Shown in pieces: positions 17,821-26,530 of a stretch of DNA of 64,000 nt. The position numbers were made by a program, and so were the translations under genes. The stretch's first letter is position 1. Every line of letters begins with the position of its first letter. Below the pieces are notes generated by a model. It made no database searches and was not told the origin of the DNA. It worked only from the letters and a program-made list of their open reading frames with translations. Source of the DNA: a virus (lineage: Duplodnaviria > Caudoviricetes); IMG/VR virus record IMGVR_UViG_3300043754_000129, positions 1-64,000 of that record; one strand, given 5' to 3'.

Positions 17821-18786
17821 TTAGCTAGCGGCGACTTGCGAAGCCTGGCCGTCAGCTGCCGGAGCAGCCGTCGTACCGTCAGCAGCAGCGACCGGAGCGG
17901 TCGTCGTGCCATCGGCAGCCGGGGCGGTACCGTCGGCAGCGGGAGCTGCGTTGGTGCCATCAGCGGCGGGCGTGCTGGTGCCGTCGGCAGCGGGAGCTGC
18001 GTTGGTGCCATCAGCGGCGGGCGTGCTGGTGCCGTCGGCAGCAGGTGCAACGGGAGTCGTACCGTCAGCGGCGGGTGCCGTGCTGGTACCATCAGCTGCG
18101 GGTTGCGTCGACGTACCGTCGGTGGGTGCCACCGGGGTCGTGCCGTCGGTCGAAGCAGCGGGCGTCGAACCATCCGTACCCGTACCCGTCGACGACGTGC
18201 CGTCAGCGGCCGGAGCCACCGGAGCAGCAGCTGCCGAGAAACCCGACAGAGCCGTCACGTCCGTCAGAGCGGCGAGCGTCGGAGCCGGCGGCGTAACCGG
18301 TTGGCTCGGGAAGTTCACAGCCAGCGAGCCGGTCGAACCGTCGACGTAGAGCAGCGAGCCCGAAGCCGAAACGATTGCGATCGAACCCGTCACCGAACCG
18401 TCCGCAGCAGCAGCCGGCAGCGTGAGCGTGCCGTCAGCGTTGATGAACGATGCGTTGAACGAGACTTCCGATTGCACGAGGCCGAGGGCCTTCGAGACGA
18501 GACCAGCGATGTCAGCTGCCGTTTCCGTGCCTTGCAGCGAGATCGCGGCGGGAACCGGGTTGACGCTGTCGCTCAGACCACGACGCGTGAACGTGAAGCT
18601 TTCCGTGTCAGCGTAGCCTTCGGCGCCCACGATGACCACGGTGTTGCGGCCGGCATCGTCCGGCGTCACAGCGCTGACGCTCTGAACCGAGAGGATGTTC
18701 TCGGTGATCGCCGACCACTTCGGATTGTCCGTCTGGATTTGAGCCAGCAGGTTGCCGAGTGCGGTCAGGCTGGAATTGATCTGCAT
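17821..18786 (-). CDS. virion structural paralog with a long PAADGT-repeat C-terminal tail
   Basis: The N-terminal domain resembles 17246 (MQINSSLT vs MHINPSLT; FTRR.L; SLLY..G); about 120 aa of low-complexity tail. Confidence 0.75.
   Translation of the reverse strand: MQINSSLTALGNLLAQIQTDNPKWSAITENILSVQSVSAVTPDDAGRNTVVIVGAEGYADTESFTFTRRGLSDSVNPVPAAISLQGTETAADIAGLVSKALGLVQSEVSFNASFINADGTLTLPAAAADGSVTGSIAIVSASGSLLYVDGSTGSLAVNFPSQPVTPPAPTLAALTDVTALSGFSAAAAPVAPAADGTSSTGTGTDGSTPAASTDGTTPVAPTDGTSTQPAADGTSTAPAADGTTPVAPAADGTSTPAADGTNAAPAADGTSTPAADGTNAAPAADGTAPAADGTTTAPVAAADGTTAAPAADGQASQVAAS
17870..18230 (-). repeat. coding tandem repeat (about 12 PAADGT-like units; exact 51-bp duplication at 17930-18031)
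   Basis: Unit CCGTCGGCAGC...CGTGCTGGTG is repeated exactly twice plus a partial third. Confidence 0.9.
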
Positions 18787-18910
18787 GATTAACCTTGGAA
18801 AAAGAGTTCGGGACTGGGGAAGTCAGAGGGAGGGTTTCTCCGCTCATATCAATCCACAGGCGTGTAAATTTTGCCATGACGATGAACTGTCACGACATGC
18901 CCTCTCCAGT

Positions 18911-19378
18911 TTAGGACGATGGAGTGATGCTAATCTCCACCTCGTTCAACCAGAGCAAACTCCCCGGAGCCATCTCCATCATCAGCGACACACTGAGCGC
19001 CCCATCGGGAAACCCAGGCAAGATGCCATCCTGGATATCCTCGACAGTGAGGTTCAGTGACCACGCTGCGTTAATCTGGGGTAACAAATCAGACAAGTAG
19101 TAGGCACTGCCAACTGCAAACGTCGTGGTCCGAGAACCCGGTACGGTTGAGATGTCAGTACGGTTGTACTTGAATGGTTCACGACCTTCGAATACGGTTG
19201 CGCCTTGTGTGGAACTGATGAAGGCGACGGTGTTCATACCGGAAGAGTCAGTGTCCGGCAATGATGCTACTTGTTGGACACTGATCTGATCCGGCGTGAT
19301 GGTCGTATCGTTGTAATAGTTAATTGCTGCGAGCAGAACGCTCAAGGCGCTCTGCGTGAAATCTAGCACGAGCGCCAT
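18911..19378 (-). CDS. virion structural protein, phiKZ-type tail-associated paralog
   Basis: LL.AIN..N, YNRTDIS, LL.QIN..W.LNL..EDI.D and SLLW motifs. Confidence 0.75.
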   Translation of the reverse strand: MALVLDFTQSALSVLLAAINYYNDTTITPDQISVQQVASLPDTDSSGMNTVAFISSTQGATVFEGREPFKYNRTDISTVPGSRTTTFAVGSAYYLSDLLPQINAAWSLNLTVEDIQDGILPGFPDGALSVSLMMEMAPGSLLWLNEVEISITPSS

Positions 19379-19391
19379 GGCTTCTCATCCT

Positions 19392-19946
19392 TTAAGGGAA
19401 AGTGAGGCCCGTCGAGGGCTTCGTCACCGAGGCTGCGATACTGGTAGCTGTCGTCGTGGCGGTCAGCACCACACTATTTCGATAAATCAGCGAGTTCGGG
19501 TCTGCGGTCAGTACAAACGCCACGCTCGTCTTGCCTGCCGGGGGCACCGGGAGCGACGCCGGGTTGATGTCACCGGCCACATACAGCTGGTTCGTGTCGT
19601 TGTTGGGCAGCACCGAAATCTGCATGTCGGTGGAGAGCGCCGTGTTGATCGCGGCGATCAGCTGCGCATACGACGTCATGGCCGTCACGTCATACGTAGC
19701 ATGGCCAGCGAAGATCGTCGACAGGTCGATGCGGTTGTATTTGTACGTGTAGCTGCCAGCCACACCCGAGCCCTGCACACCTTGCATCAGCACACAGGCT
19801 TCGTAGGTGGCGGAGTCCACGTCGTGGTTCTCCATGACCGGACCGAATTCGATCTGCTCGGTCGTGTAGCTCGTGCCGTTGTCGGCGTTGAATTGCTGGA
19901 GCAGGATAGCCGCAGCCGCTTGATTCAGGTTCAGCGTAACAGACAT
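19392..19946 (-). CDS. virion structural protein, phiKZ-type tail-associated paralog
   Basis: LL..FN..N, YNRIDLS, LI.AIN and NSLIY motifs. Confidence 0.75.
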   Translation of the reverse strand: MSVTLNLNQAAAAILLQQFNADNGTSYTTEQIEFGPVMENHDVDSATYEACVLMQGVQGSGVAGSYTYKYNRIDLSTIFAGHATYDVTAMTSYAQLIAAINTALSTDMQISVLPNNDTNQLYVAGDINPASLPVPPAGKTSVAFVLTADPNSLIYRNSVVLTATTTATSIAASVTKPSTGLTFP

Positions 19947-19953
19947 GATGTCC

Positions 19954-21327
19954 TCAAGGAGTCGTAGAATTGCTTTGGTCAGCCGGCTGCACGAAGATGG
20001 AGAGTACCGTCGACGTGGCGTACTTAGCTGAGGAGAAGTTGGTGCCTAGCATCTGCATGTAATGATGCGCGCCGACGACCACCCCATTGATGGTCTGGAT
20101 CGAATCCTCATCCAAATACATGATCTGGGTTGGTAGGCCCGGCGTAATGAGCAACGGATTGGAGTGCTGCCACTCCATCTGAATCACCGACCCCATCGCA
20201 CGCGTCAACTTGGAGTACTCCTCCAGCGAGTTCGCATTGATTGGGTTATTCGAGCGGTGAACGTTGTTGTTCCCATTGGGACGCTGCAAGCCTACAAACT
20301 CGTTGTTGTTGTCGCCGCGACTGGCCAGGGCTTTGTTGTCTCCCAGCGTCGCGAAGCCACCCATGAACTTCGTGGCATCCGAGAAGCGAATACCGTTACC
20401 GCTATTCAACTGCTTGGCGTTACTCGGATCGCGGAACTTCACATTGCCTGTGGCGAGCACCACCAGTTGGCCACCAGCTTGACGATACGTGCGCTCCACG
20501 TTCGTGTACTTGTTCTTCGGCAGGTTGATCACCGTGAGCGTGTTCTGACTCGTATTGAAACGCGTCGTGTCCATGGATGGAAACACATGCCACTGGTTAC
20601 CCTGCAAGTAGCAGCCCATTCCGGAGTTGTACACCCCGCCTGCATACTTCTGAATGTACTTCGCCGCATCCACGAGCTTCACGCCATGGGGCAGTACGAT
20701 GTGTTGACGCGCGGTCTGGTTCGACGACTTCTGCATCGTCACGCCTTGGACGGTGCGTTGACCATTGACGGTCGTCATCTGCGAGACGTTCGTGAGGATC
20801 GACTTGATCGCATCATCCACGGTGGCGCCTCGGAACACCTGCCCCACATCCATCATGCGCATCTGGTCGAGTGCTTTATTGACCAGCTGGAAGTGCACGG
20901 GAATCTGTCCCGTCAAGTCCAGGTTGAACTGGGTCGCAGCGTTGAAACCGTTTTGCTCGACCGCCGGGTTACCCGTATCCAGAATCGTCGCGGTGTACGT
21001 TTCGGATTGGGGCGTGCCTGACGTATTCACTTGGTCGCCCGTTTCCATCATGGGTACGAGCGTCAGGGTGATGTCGAGGTTGTTCTTGTACGGGTAGATC
21101 AGCTTGGAGTACATACCAAGCGGCAGACTCATCTCCACGAGGATGTGGTCTGCGTACCCGTCCAGATAGTTGCGTTCAATGTCAACGTTCAGGACCTTCA
21201 GGGGCGTCACCGTCTGACCTGTGGTATTGACGATGATCTGTGCATTCACCTGGAACTGCACAGGCTTCGCCCCCTGGGCCGTGATGGCGCTGACTTCGAG
21301 CATGAGGCTCGATTGTTCAAACTCCAT
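19954..21327 (-). CDS. conserved phiKZ-like virion structural protein (possibly baseplate hub-like)
   Basis: Long ORF in the structural block; I.LP.G..L....YIQ...GGVY..G.GCY pattern recalled from phiKZ-like virion proteins. Confidence 0.65.
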   Translation of the reverse strand: MEFEQSSLMLEVSAITAQGAKPVQFQVNAQIIVNTTGQTVTPLKVLNVDIERNYLDGYADHILVEMSLPLGMYSKLIYPYKNNLDITLTLVPMMETGDQVNTSGTPQSETYTATILDTGNPAVEQNGFNAATQFNLDLTGQIPVHFQLVNKALDQMRMMDVGQVFRGATVDDAIKSILTNVSQMTTVNGQRTVQGVTMQKSSNQTARQHIVLPHGVKLVDAAKYIQKYAGGVYNSGMGCYLQGNQWHVFPSMDTTRFNTSQNTLTVINLPKNKYTNVERTYRQAGGQLVVLATGNVKFRDPSNAKQLNSGNGIRFSDATKFMGGFATLGDNKALASRGDNNNEFVGLQRPNGNNNVHRSNNPINANSLEEYSKLTRAMGSVIQMEWQHSNPLLITPGLPTQIMYLDEDSIQTINGVVVGAHHYMQMLGTNFSSAKYATSTVLSIFVQPADQSNSTTP

Positions 21328-21336
21328 GAGTCCCCC

Positions 21337-22047
21337 TTACTTGCGCCAGGCAAAGGCCGGCTTCACGCCACCGTTCTTCTGGCCGCGCGTGAACGCATCG
21401 GCAAGCGAGACGCGGTCCGGATACTTCTCTTGCACGGGTTCTTCGCCCTCGTTCTGGCTGACCTCGTGCGACTTGCCATCGGCGCTGATCCGAACGATTT
21501 CGCTGAACGGCTTGATAACGTTCTGACGGGCGTGCGGAATGGCATCGAGCTTGCGACCGAGCAGCGAATCCACGTACTCTTGCGTGAAGTGGTACTTGGC
21601 GTGCTTGTAGACCACGTTGGCAAACTGGTCGAGCTTCACCAGATCATCCAGCGGGGCGGCTGCCTGGATCCGGATGTTCATTTCCGTTTGCAAGTGATGC
21701 CGCCAAGCCAGCAAGTGATCCGTGATGTAATCATAGATCCGCTTGGTGTCCTTCTCGTTCACCACCCCCACCGTCACCCCTTGCTCGAAGTACTCCATCA
21801 TCGAGGAGATCGTGAGCATGCGGTCCACGCGTTCATTGCGCATCTGTTCGTCGTACTCGGGCATCCCCGAAGTCGGCGTACCGTACTCCCGCATCTCATC
21901 CAACGAGATCGTCTGGATGCGCTGGACGCGACAATGAAACAGCTCGTTAAAGATCCACCATCCCGTGTCGCGCTGCTCAACTGGCACCCAATTGCTGGCC
22001 CGGGGCACCACGACGGGGTTCTTTGGCTTTAAGCGCTGTTTCATCAT
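21337..22047 (-). CDS. conserved phiKZ-like protein
   Basis: ORF in the structural operon; P..DL..LD.FA..VY motif. Confidence 0.65.
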   Translation of the reverse strand: MMKQRLKPKNPVVVPRASNWVPVEQRDTGWWIFNELFHCRVQRIQTISLDEMREYGTPTSGMPEYDEQMRNERVDRMLTISSMMEYFEQGVTVGVVNEKDTKRIYDYITDHLLAWRHHLQTEMNIRIQAAAPLDDLVKLDQFANVVYKHAKYHFTQEYVDSLLGRKLDAIPHARQNVIKPFSEIVRISADGKSHEVSQNEGEEPVQEKYPDRVSLADAFTRGQKNGGVKPAFAWRK

Positions 22048-22056
22048 CTTTCCTTT

Positions 22057-23415
22057 TTATTCCCGACGCAGTGCCGCCCGAATGAGCAGCAACACAATCG
22101 GCGTGTAGTAGAACATGGCGAGGCGCGGCCACGCGTGCCACGTATCGCAGAAGGCCAAGAGCGTCTGATGGTTCAGGGCTCGGCCATGCAGATAGTCCCC
22201 GACCATCAGTTCGAGTTGCGACTGCCCGTCTTCCCCGTGGTAGAACTCTTTGGAGAAGATGTAGTAGTCGTCGATCAACACCGGCTTGATGAGCGGCGCC
22301 TTCACATACGGCAGACCCGGCAGGTTCGTGACCGGCAGCATGTCTTCGAGCCGACCCTTACGCGAGGGCACTTCCACCAGCTGCGAATCCGTGATGGGTT
22401 CGAGCCCCATGCCCGCCAACTCTTGGTCCACCGTCAACTCGACGTCGATCGGATAGACCACCTGATTGATGCCGCTCCAGCGAATGCCGTTGAGCATCGG
22501 GTTGCGCGTGAAGCGATTGACCCACACGAGACCAGCGCGCTTGTTGACGAACTTGAGCAATTGCAGATCCTTTTGCAGCAGCACATCCCACAGCTGCGTA
22601 CAAGCCATCGCTGGCTGGTCGTCACAGTCCAGAATGCGCATGTTCAGGAGCTCAGGCGTGTCGAGCGCTTCGAACATCGACTGGAGTGCCTTCACCAACC
22701 ACGCATCGTAGGTCGGGTACATCTGGCCCGGCACGATAAACGTGTTGAATTCCTTGCTGAAGAACTGCTTCGTATAACTCGTCAGGATGCTCTCAGCGCG
22801 GTTGTGCAGCCGGCTGATGTTCTGCCATGCGGCTTCTTCCACGAGCGGGTTCTGGCCCGCTTGCAGGTAGTCCTTGACGTATTCTACGGTGTTGATGATT
22901 TTGCTTTCCAGGTCGCGCAAGCGTTCCGGGATTGCATAATCCTGCATCTCGTACTCGATCGTGAAGACCGAGTCTTTGTAGAAGCTCTTGCGCTCCGAGC
23001 CCGTCACCATGAAGATGGCGAAGCGGCCGTCATCGGTTTCCGCGATGAACATGTCGCCCATGTTCGGGATGAGCACGGGGTAGAGGTTTGCACCGCCCAC
23101 GTAACTCATCTTCTTGGTCGCCTGGTCTTGCGAAGCCGTCAGCGGTGCCGTGACCTTCAGCTCCAAGCCACGCACACGCCGGTACTGTTGCAGCTGCGCG
23201 GGCTTATTGACCGACTGACCCGCTACGCCGTTGTCACGATCGAGCACTTGGCTGTAGTAGTCGACCGTCCAGCTGGAACCCTCGACGTGCGTCAAGAGGT
23301 CGGTAGCAGGAATGTAGCGGGTGTCAATCGCAATGCCTTGGTACTGCGGGTCGGTGATGCGAACCTGCGAGGTCTGCTTGACCGGTGGGGTCGACGAAGT
23401 ATCAACCAACGGCAT
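22057..23415 (-). CDS. conserved phiKZ-like virion structural protein
   Basis: LLTHVEGSSWTVDYYSQ, PN.GD.F and FYY.P..L motifs recalled from phiKZ-like virion proteins. Confidence 0.7.
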   Translation of the reverse strand: MPLVDTSSTPPVKQTSQVRITDPQYQGIAIDTRYIPATDLLTHVEGSSWTVDYYSQVLDRDNGVAGQSVNKPAQLQQYRRVRGLELKVTAPLTASQDQATKKMSYVGGANLYPVLIPNMGDMFIAETDDGRFAIFMVTGSERKSFYKDSVFTIEYEMQDYAIPERLRDLESKIINTVEYVKDYLQAGQNPLVEEAAWQNISRLHNRAESILTSYTKQFFSKEFNTFIVPGQMYPTYDAWLVKALQSMFEALDTPELLNMRILDCDDQPAMACTQLWDVLLQKDLQLLKFVNKRAGLVWVNRFTRNPMLNGIRWSGINQVVYPIDVELTVDQELAGMGLEPITDSQLVEVPSRKGRLEDMLPVTNLPGLPYVKAPLIKPVLIDDYYIFSKEFYHGEDGQSQLELMVGDYLHGRALNHQTLLAFCDTWHAWPRLAMFYYTPIVLLLIRAALRRE

Positions 23416-23418
23416 GTC

Positions 23419-24936
23419 TTACTCCTTAACTTGAACGAAGAACGTCTCGACCGTCTTCATGTTGATCCGCTTCATCAGGTCCGCAGTCTGTCCCGTCAGA
23501 TAACTCATCGAGCCATTGGTTGCAATGCCCGAGTTGCCAATCTGGTCCGGCGTGTAGTTCCAACCCGGCCACAGCGCCCGGATCAGTTGCACGAGCACCG
23601 GATAGTTCATGCGCAGACGCTGCACCGCCCCCGGCGACAGATAGCGCCAGTTGTAGCACAGCCCGAACCACAGGTGAAAGCGTGCGCGCGGATTCGGATT
23701 GAACGTGGTGGTCACATTCAGTTCGTTATCCACGAGGATCGCCCCATCGGCCATCTGCGTGTTGGACAGGTAGAGCGCACAGTTAAACACACTCTGCCCG
23801 CGCTTGGTCATGTAGGGTGCTTCGCCGATGATGAACTGCTTCATCGCGTCCGTCATCGCGTAGCCTTCCGAGAGCGTATCGAGATTCATCAGCGTACTCG
23901 GCGAGCCACCTTGCGACAGATCAATCGAGAGCATCGCACTCATGATCTTCAGGTAATGCAGCGGTTGTGTCTGGGGCACGAAGTCATCCCACGACGGCAG
24001 CATGATCCCGGTCTTGTCGCGCACCGACGAATTCAACGCCCGGGTGCGATCGAAGTGATTCAGATACCAGGCCGAGAGACTGAACGTCTTCTCGATATTG
24101 TCCGGCGTGTACACGGGCTTTTCATCCCGGTACTTGATGACCTGGTTGTGAATCATCAGCGGGTACTGCAAGACGACCGAAGCCGGCTTGTCGTACTTGA
24201 ACTTGAACGCAAAGCTGATCGTCCAGGTTTCCGCGTTGTCTTCCTTGTTACCTTGCTCAGGCTCCCCGGTGAAGTCCCAGTAGCCCACGATCTTGCCCTG
24301 GTGCTCTGGCACGGCCACTTGCAGCTGCGTGCCGCTCATGTTCGATTCCACCGTCAGCTGGGCGCCGGCGCTATTCTTAAACCACTGAGCGTACGAGACG
24401 CCGTAACCTGCGGTCGCTTCCATCAAGCGATGGATCTCTTCCAAGATCACCATCCCCACGGGCGGCACTTGGTAAGCGTAGCGGATATCCAACATGTGGA
24501 GATCGCGCATCTGCGACATCCGGACTCGAATCTGATCACGCCAGCGTTTGGCCTTCACTTCATCGATGGCACGGAACTTGAAATTGATCGTGACTTCCGT
24601 GTGTACGTACACGGGCTTCATAACCGTTTCCACACGAGGGTCGTGCAGAATGAAGAGGTTCTCCGGGTACACCACAGCCGTCGAGGCAAGGCGTTCGGGA
24701 TCCATCTCTTCGGTGACTTCGATACTCACCTGGTCGTCATACGCGAGCTCCGAATCCTTGGGATTGTGCAGGAGCGTCGAGCCGGGCTGAAACGTCTGAC
24801 CGTTAGGCGACGGATACAGGATCGGCGTGTTCTCGTGTAAGCCCGTCCACTTAAAGAGCTTACGTGTCACATCGTAGATGACCGGTCGGGTGACGCTATC
24901 GTAGGTCTCCGGAATGGCTAACACAACAGTTGGCAT
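23419..24936 (-). CDS. conserved phiKZ-like virion structural protein
   Basis: Y..V.RP, PVY, F.Y.KP and YP..IHNQ motifs; structural operon. Confidence 0.7.
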   Translation of the reverse strand: MPTVVLAIPETYDSVTRPVIYDVTRKLFKWTGLHENTPILYPSPNGQTFQPGSTLLHNPKDSELAYDDQVSIEVTEEMDPERLASTAVVYPENLFILHDPRVETVMKPVYVHTEVTINFKFRAIDEVKAKRWRDQIRVRMSQMRDLHMLDIRYAYQVPPVGMVILEEIHRLMEATAGYGVSYAQWFKNSAGAQLTVESNMSGTQLQVAVPEHQGKIVGYWDFTGEPEQGNKEDNAETWTISFAFKFKYDKPASVVLQYPLMIHNQVIKYRDEKPVYTPDNIEKTFSLSAWYLNHFDRTRALNSSVRDKTGIMLPSWDDFVPQTQPLHYLKIMSAMLSIDLSQGGSPSTLMNLDTLSEGYAMTDAMKQFIIGEAPYMTKRGQSVFNCALYLSNTQMADGAILVDNELNVTTTFNPNPRARFHLWFGLCYNWRYLSPGAVQRLRMNYPVLVQLIRALWPGWNYTPDQIGNSGIATNGSMSYLTGQTADLMKRINMKTVETFFVQVKE

Positions 24937-24980
24937 AGTCTATCTCACAAGACGGTACATAAAATCGGGCGAAATGACGA

Positions 24981-25012
24981 CGGCATAAAACCCGAGGCCG
25001 AAGCCCCGGGCC
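24981..25012 (-). terminator. hairpin + TTTTATGCCG element
   Basis: CCCG/CGGG stem with inner pairing; TTTTATGCCG follows on the minus strand. Confidence 0.65.
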
Positions 25013-25037
25013 TTACGCGTTCCACTGGGGTATGCTG

Positions 25038-26447
25038 TTAGGCACGTTGCGGTGCTTGCACACCGTTCTTGTAGCACGAGAGCGACCCACGCACCAGGAT
25101 GAAGATGCTGTTCACCACACGCAGGGTGTGATGGTACATCGGCACGAACGGCTCATACGTCCAGTTCGCAAACGCCGAGTTGAAGTTCAGCATCGAGCGG
25201 TAGTAACCCACCGACTTGTCGCCGAACTCGGCCTTATCGAGCAGCTCCATTTCCTTGCTCGCCTTGACCGATGCATCCTGGCAGTCGTCTGCCGTCTTGT
25301 AGAACTGGTTGACGTACTGCGCGTAGAAGCTCGTGAGCACTTCGAGACAAGCGTCGGCGTGATCGAGCAGTTGCTCCATCTCCATTTCCGTGCCTGCCGG
25401 AATGCCTTGCAACACGTCTTGGCCGCGCTCCACCGTCTTGGGCACGTCGCCCTTGGTGAACTTCAGGCCCGACAAGCGGATGCGCTCCAACGCCACGTCA
25501 GCCGATTCACCATGCACGCGCTCATGCTTCTGGAAGCGCAGGTGCCCCGAACCAATGAAGCCGTTGGCCGTGTACTCGGACGGTACATCGATCAGCACAC
25601 CGGTCAGCTTGTCCTTCAGATCGTCCGCCGACTTCTCGGGGATCTTCGGGTCGAACTGGCTGATGGCTTCGGTGATCGCAGCGCCCGACTTGAGCACGGC
25701 CGTCGCGTAGTCCTTGAAGACGAAATCGTCGAGCTTCACGAAGTGCGTCATCTCGGTGTTCAGGTGCTCCCAGACATTGCTGGAATACATCTGCGGGATG
25801 AGGCCATGCGTGGCGCCCGTGACGTTGAACGTCTTCTTCAGTTCGTGTGCTTCGCCCACTGCGCGCACCGCTTGACGCAGTTCGAGCAGCGTTGCCTTGT
25901 ACTTCTTCGTGACCACCGTCACCCGGTAGAAGTCACGGATCTTCGACCAGATCTTCTTGATGAAGTTCAGGATGGCTTCCCAAATCCGGCGAGCCGTTTC
26001 AATGATGCCTTCCGTCGCAATGCTCATGCCGATGAAGGACTCCATCGCGGGAATCACTTCTTCCGGCAACACTTCCGTGCCTGCCGTGGCCGTCTGACCG
26101 ACCAGTTCAATCAAGAACGCTTCGGCGGGGGTAGCTGCTTTGATATCCCTGGCAACCACCGCCAAGTCTTCCAGAGCATCCGAAATTTGAATGACGCGTT
26201 CCGACTCACTCAGATCCCGCCCGATCTCGCCCGCTAACACGCGCGCATCGCCGAGAATGATGCTGGCTTCTTCCAGCGAAATGACCTCACCCTCGTCAGC
26301 ATGCGCCACGCTTGCGGGATCTTTGCTGTCCGTGCCTTGCTCGTCGTACGCTTCTTGCGCAGGCTTCACTTCAGGCACAGCAGGTGCAGCCTGAGGCTCG
26401 ACCTTCTTCGCGGGCGTGGGCGGTGTCGCAAACAGATTCACACGCAT
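25038..26447 (-). CDS. inner head / ejection protein of the phiKZ gp93-97-like paralog family
   Basis: Acidic propeptide, A-x-E sites (AMES, ATEG), then amphipathic RIWEAILNFIKKIWSKIRDF. Confidence 0.75.
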   Translation of the reverse strand: MRVNLFATPPTPAKKVEPQAAPAVPEVKPAQEAYDEQGTDSKDPASVAHADEGEVISLEEASIILGDARVLAGEIGRDLSESERVIQISDALEDLAVVARDIKAATPAEAFLIELVGQTATAGTEVLPEEVIPAMESFIGMSIATEGIIETARRIWEAILNFIKKIWSKIRDFYRVTVVTKKYKATLLELRQAVRAVGEAHELKKTFNVTGATHGLIPQMYSSNVWEHLNTEMTHFVKLDDFVFKDYATAVLKSGAAITEAISQFDPKIPEKSADDLKDKLTGVLIDVPSEYTANGFIGSGHLRFQKHERVHGESADVALERIRLSGLKFTKGDVPKTVERGQDVLQGIPAGTEMEMEQLLDHADACLEVLTSFYAQYVNQFYKTADDCQDASVKASKEMELLDKAEFGDKSVGYYRSMLNFNSAFANWTYEPFVPMYHHTLRVVNSIFILVRGSLSCYKNGVQAPQRA

Positions 26448-26473
26448 GGGTTTTCCTATCTGACAAAATAAGA

Positions 26474-26493
26474 CGCCCGGGTTTCCCCGGGCG
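26474..26493. terminator. GC-rich hairpin
   Basis: CGCCCGG/CCGGGCG stem between head-protein genes. Confidence 0.55.
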
Positions 26494-26530
26494 CCCAATG
26501 AACTACAGGGGAGTGACTACGAGACGCGGA

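Noticed and set aside
17870-18230. Possible CRISPR array or non-coding repeat
   Set aside because: The repeats are in-frame coding units without unique spacers; the same applies to 28030-28400.
22135-24840. 901-aa plus-strand ORF (also 26312..28675, 33855..36005, 48021..50498, 51292..53400 and similar)
   Set aside because: These are antisense shadows of real genes caused by high-GC codon bias; they are Arg/His/Val-rich with no motifs or RBS.
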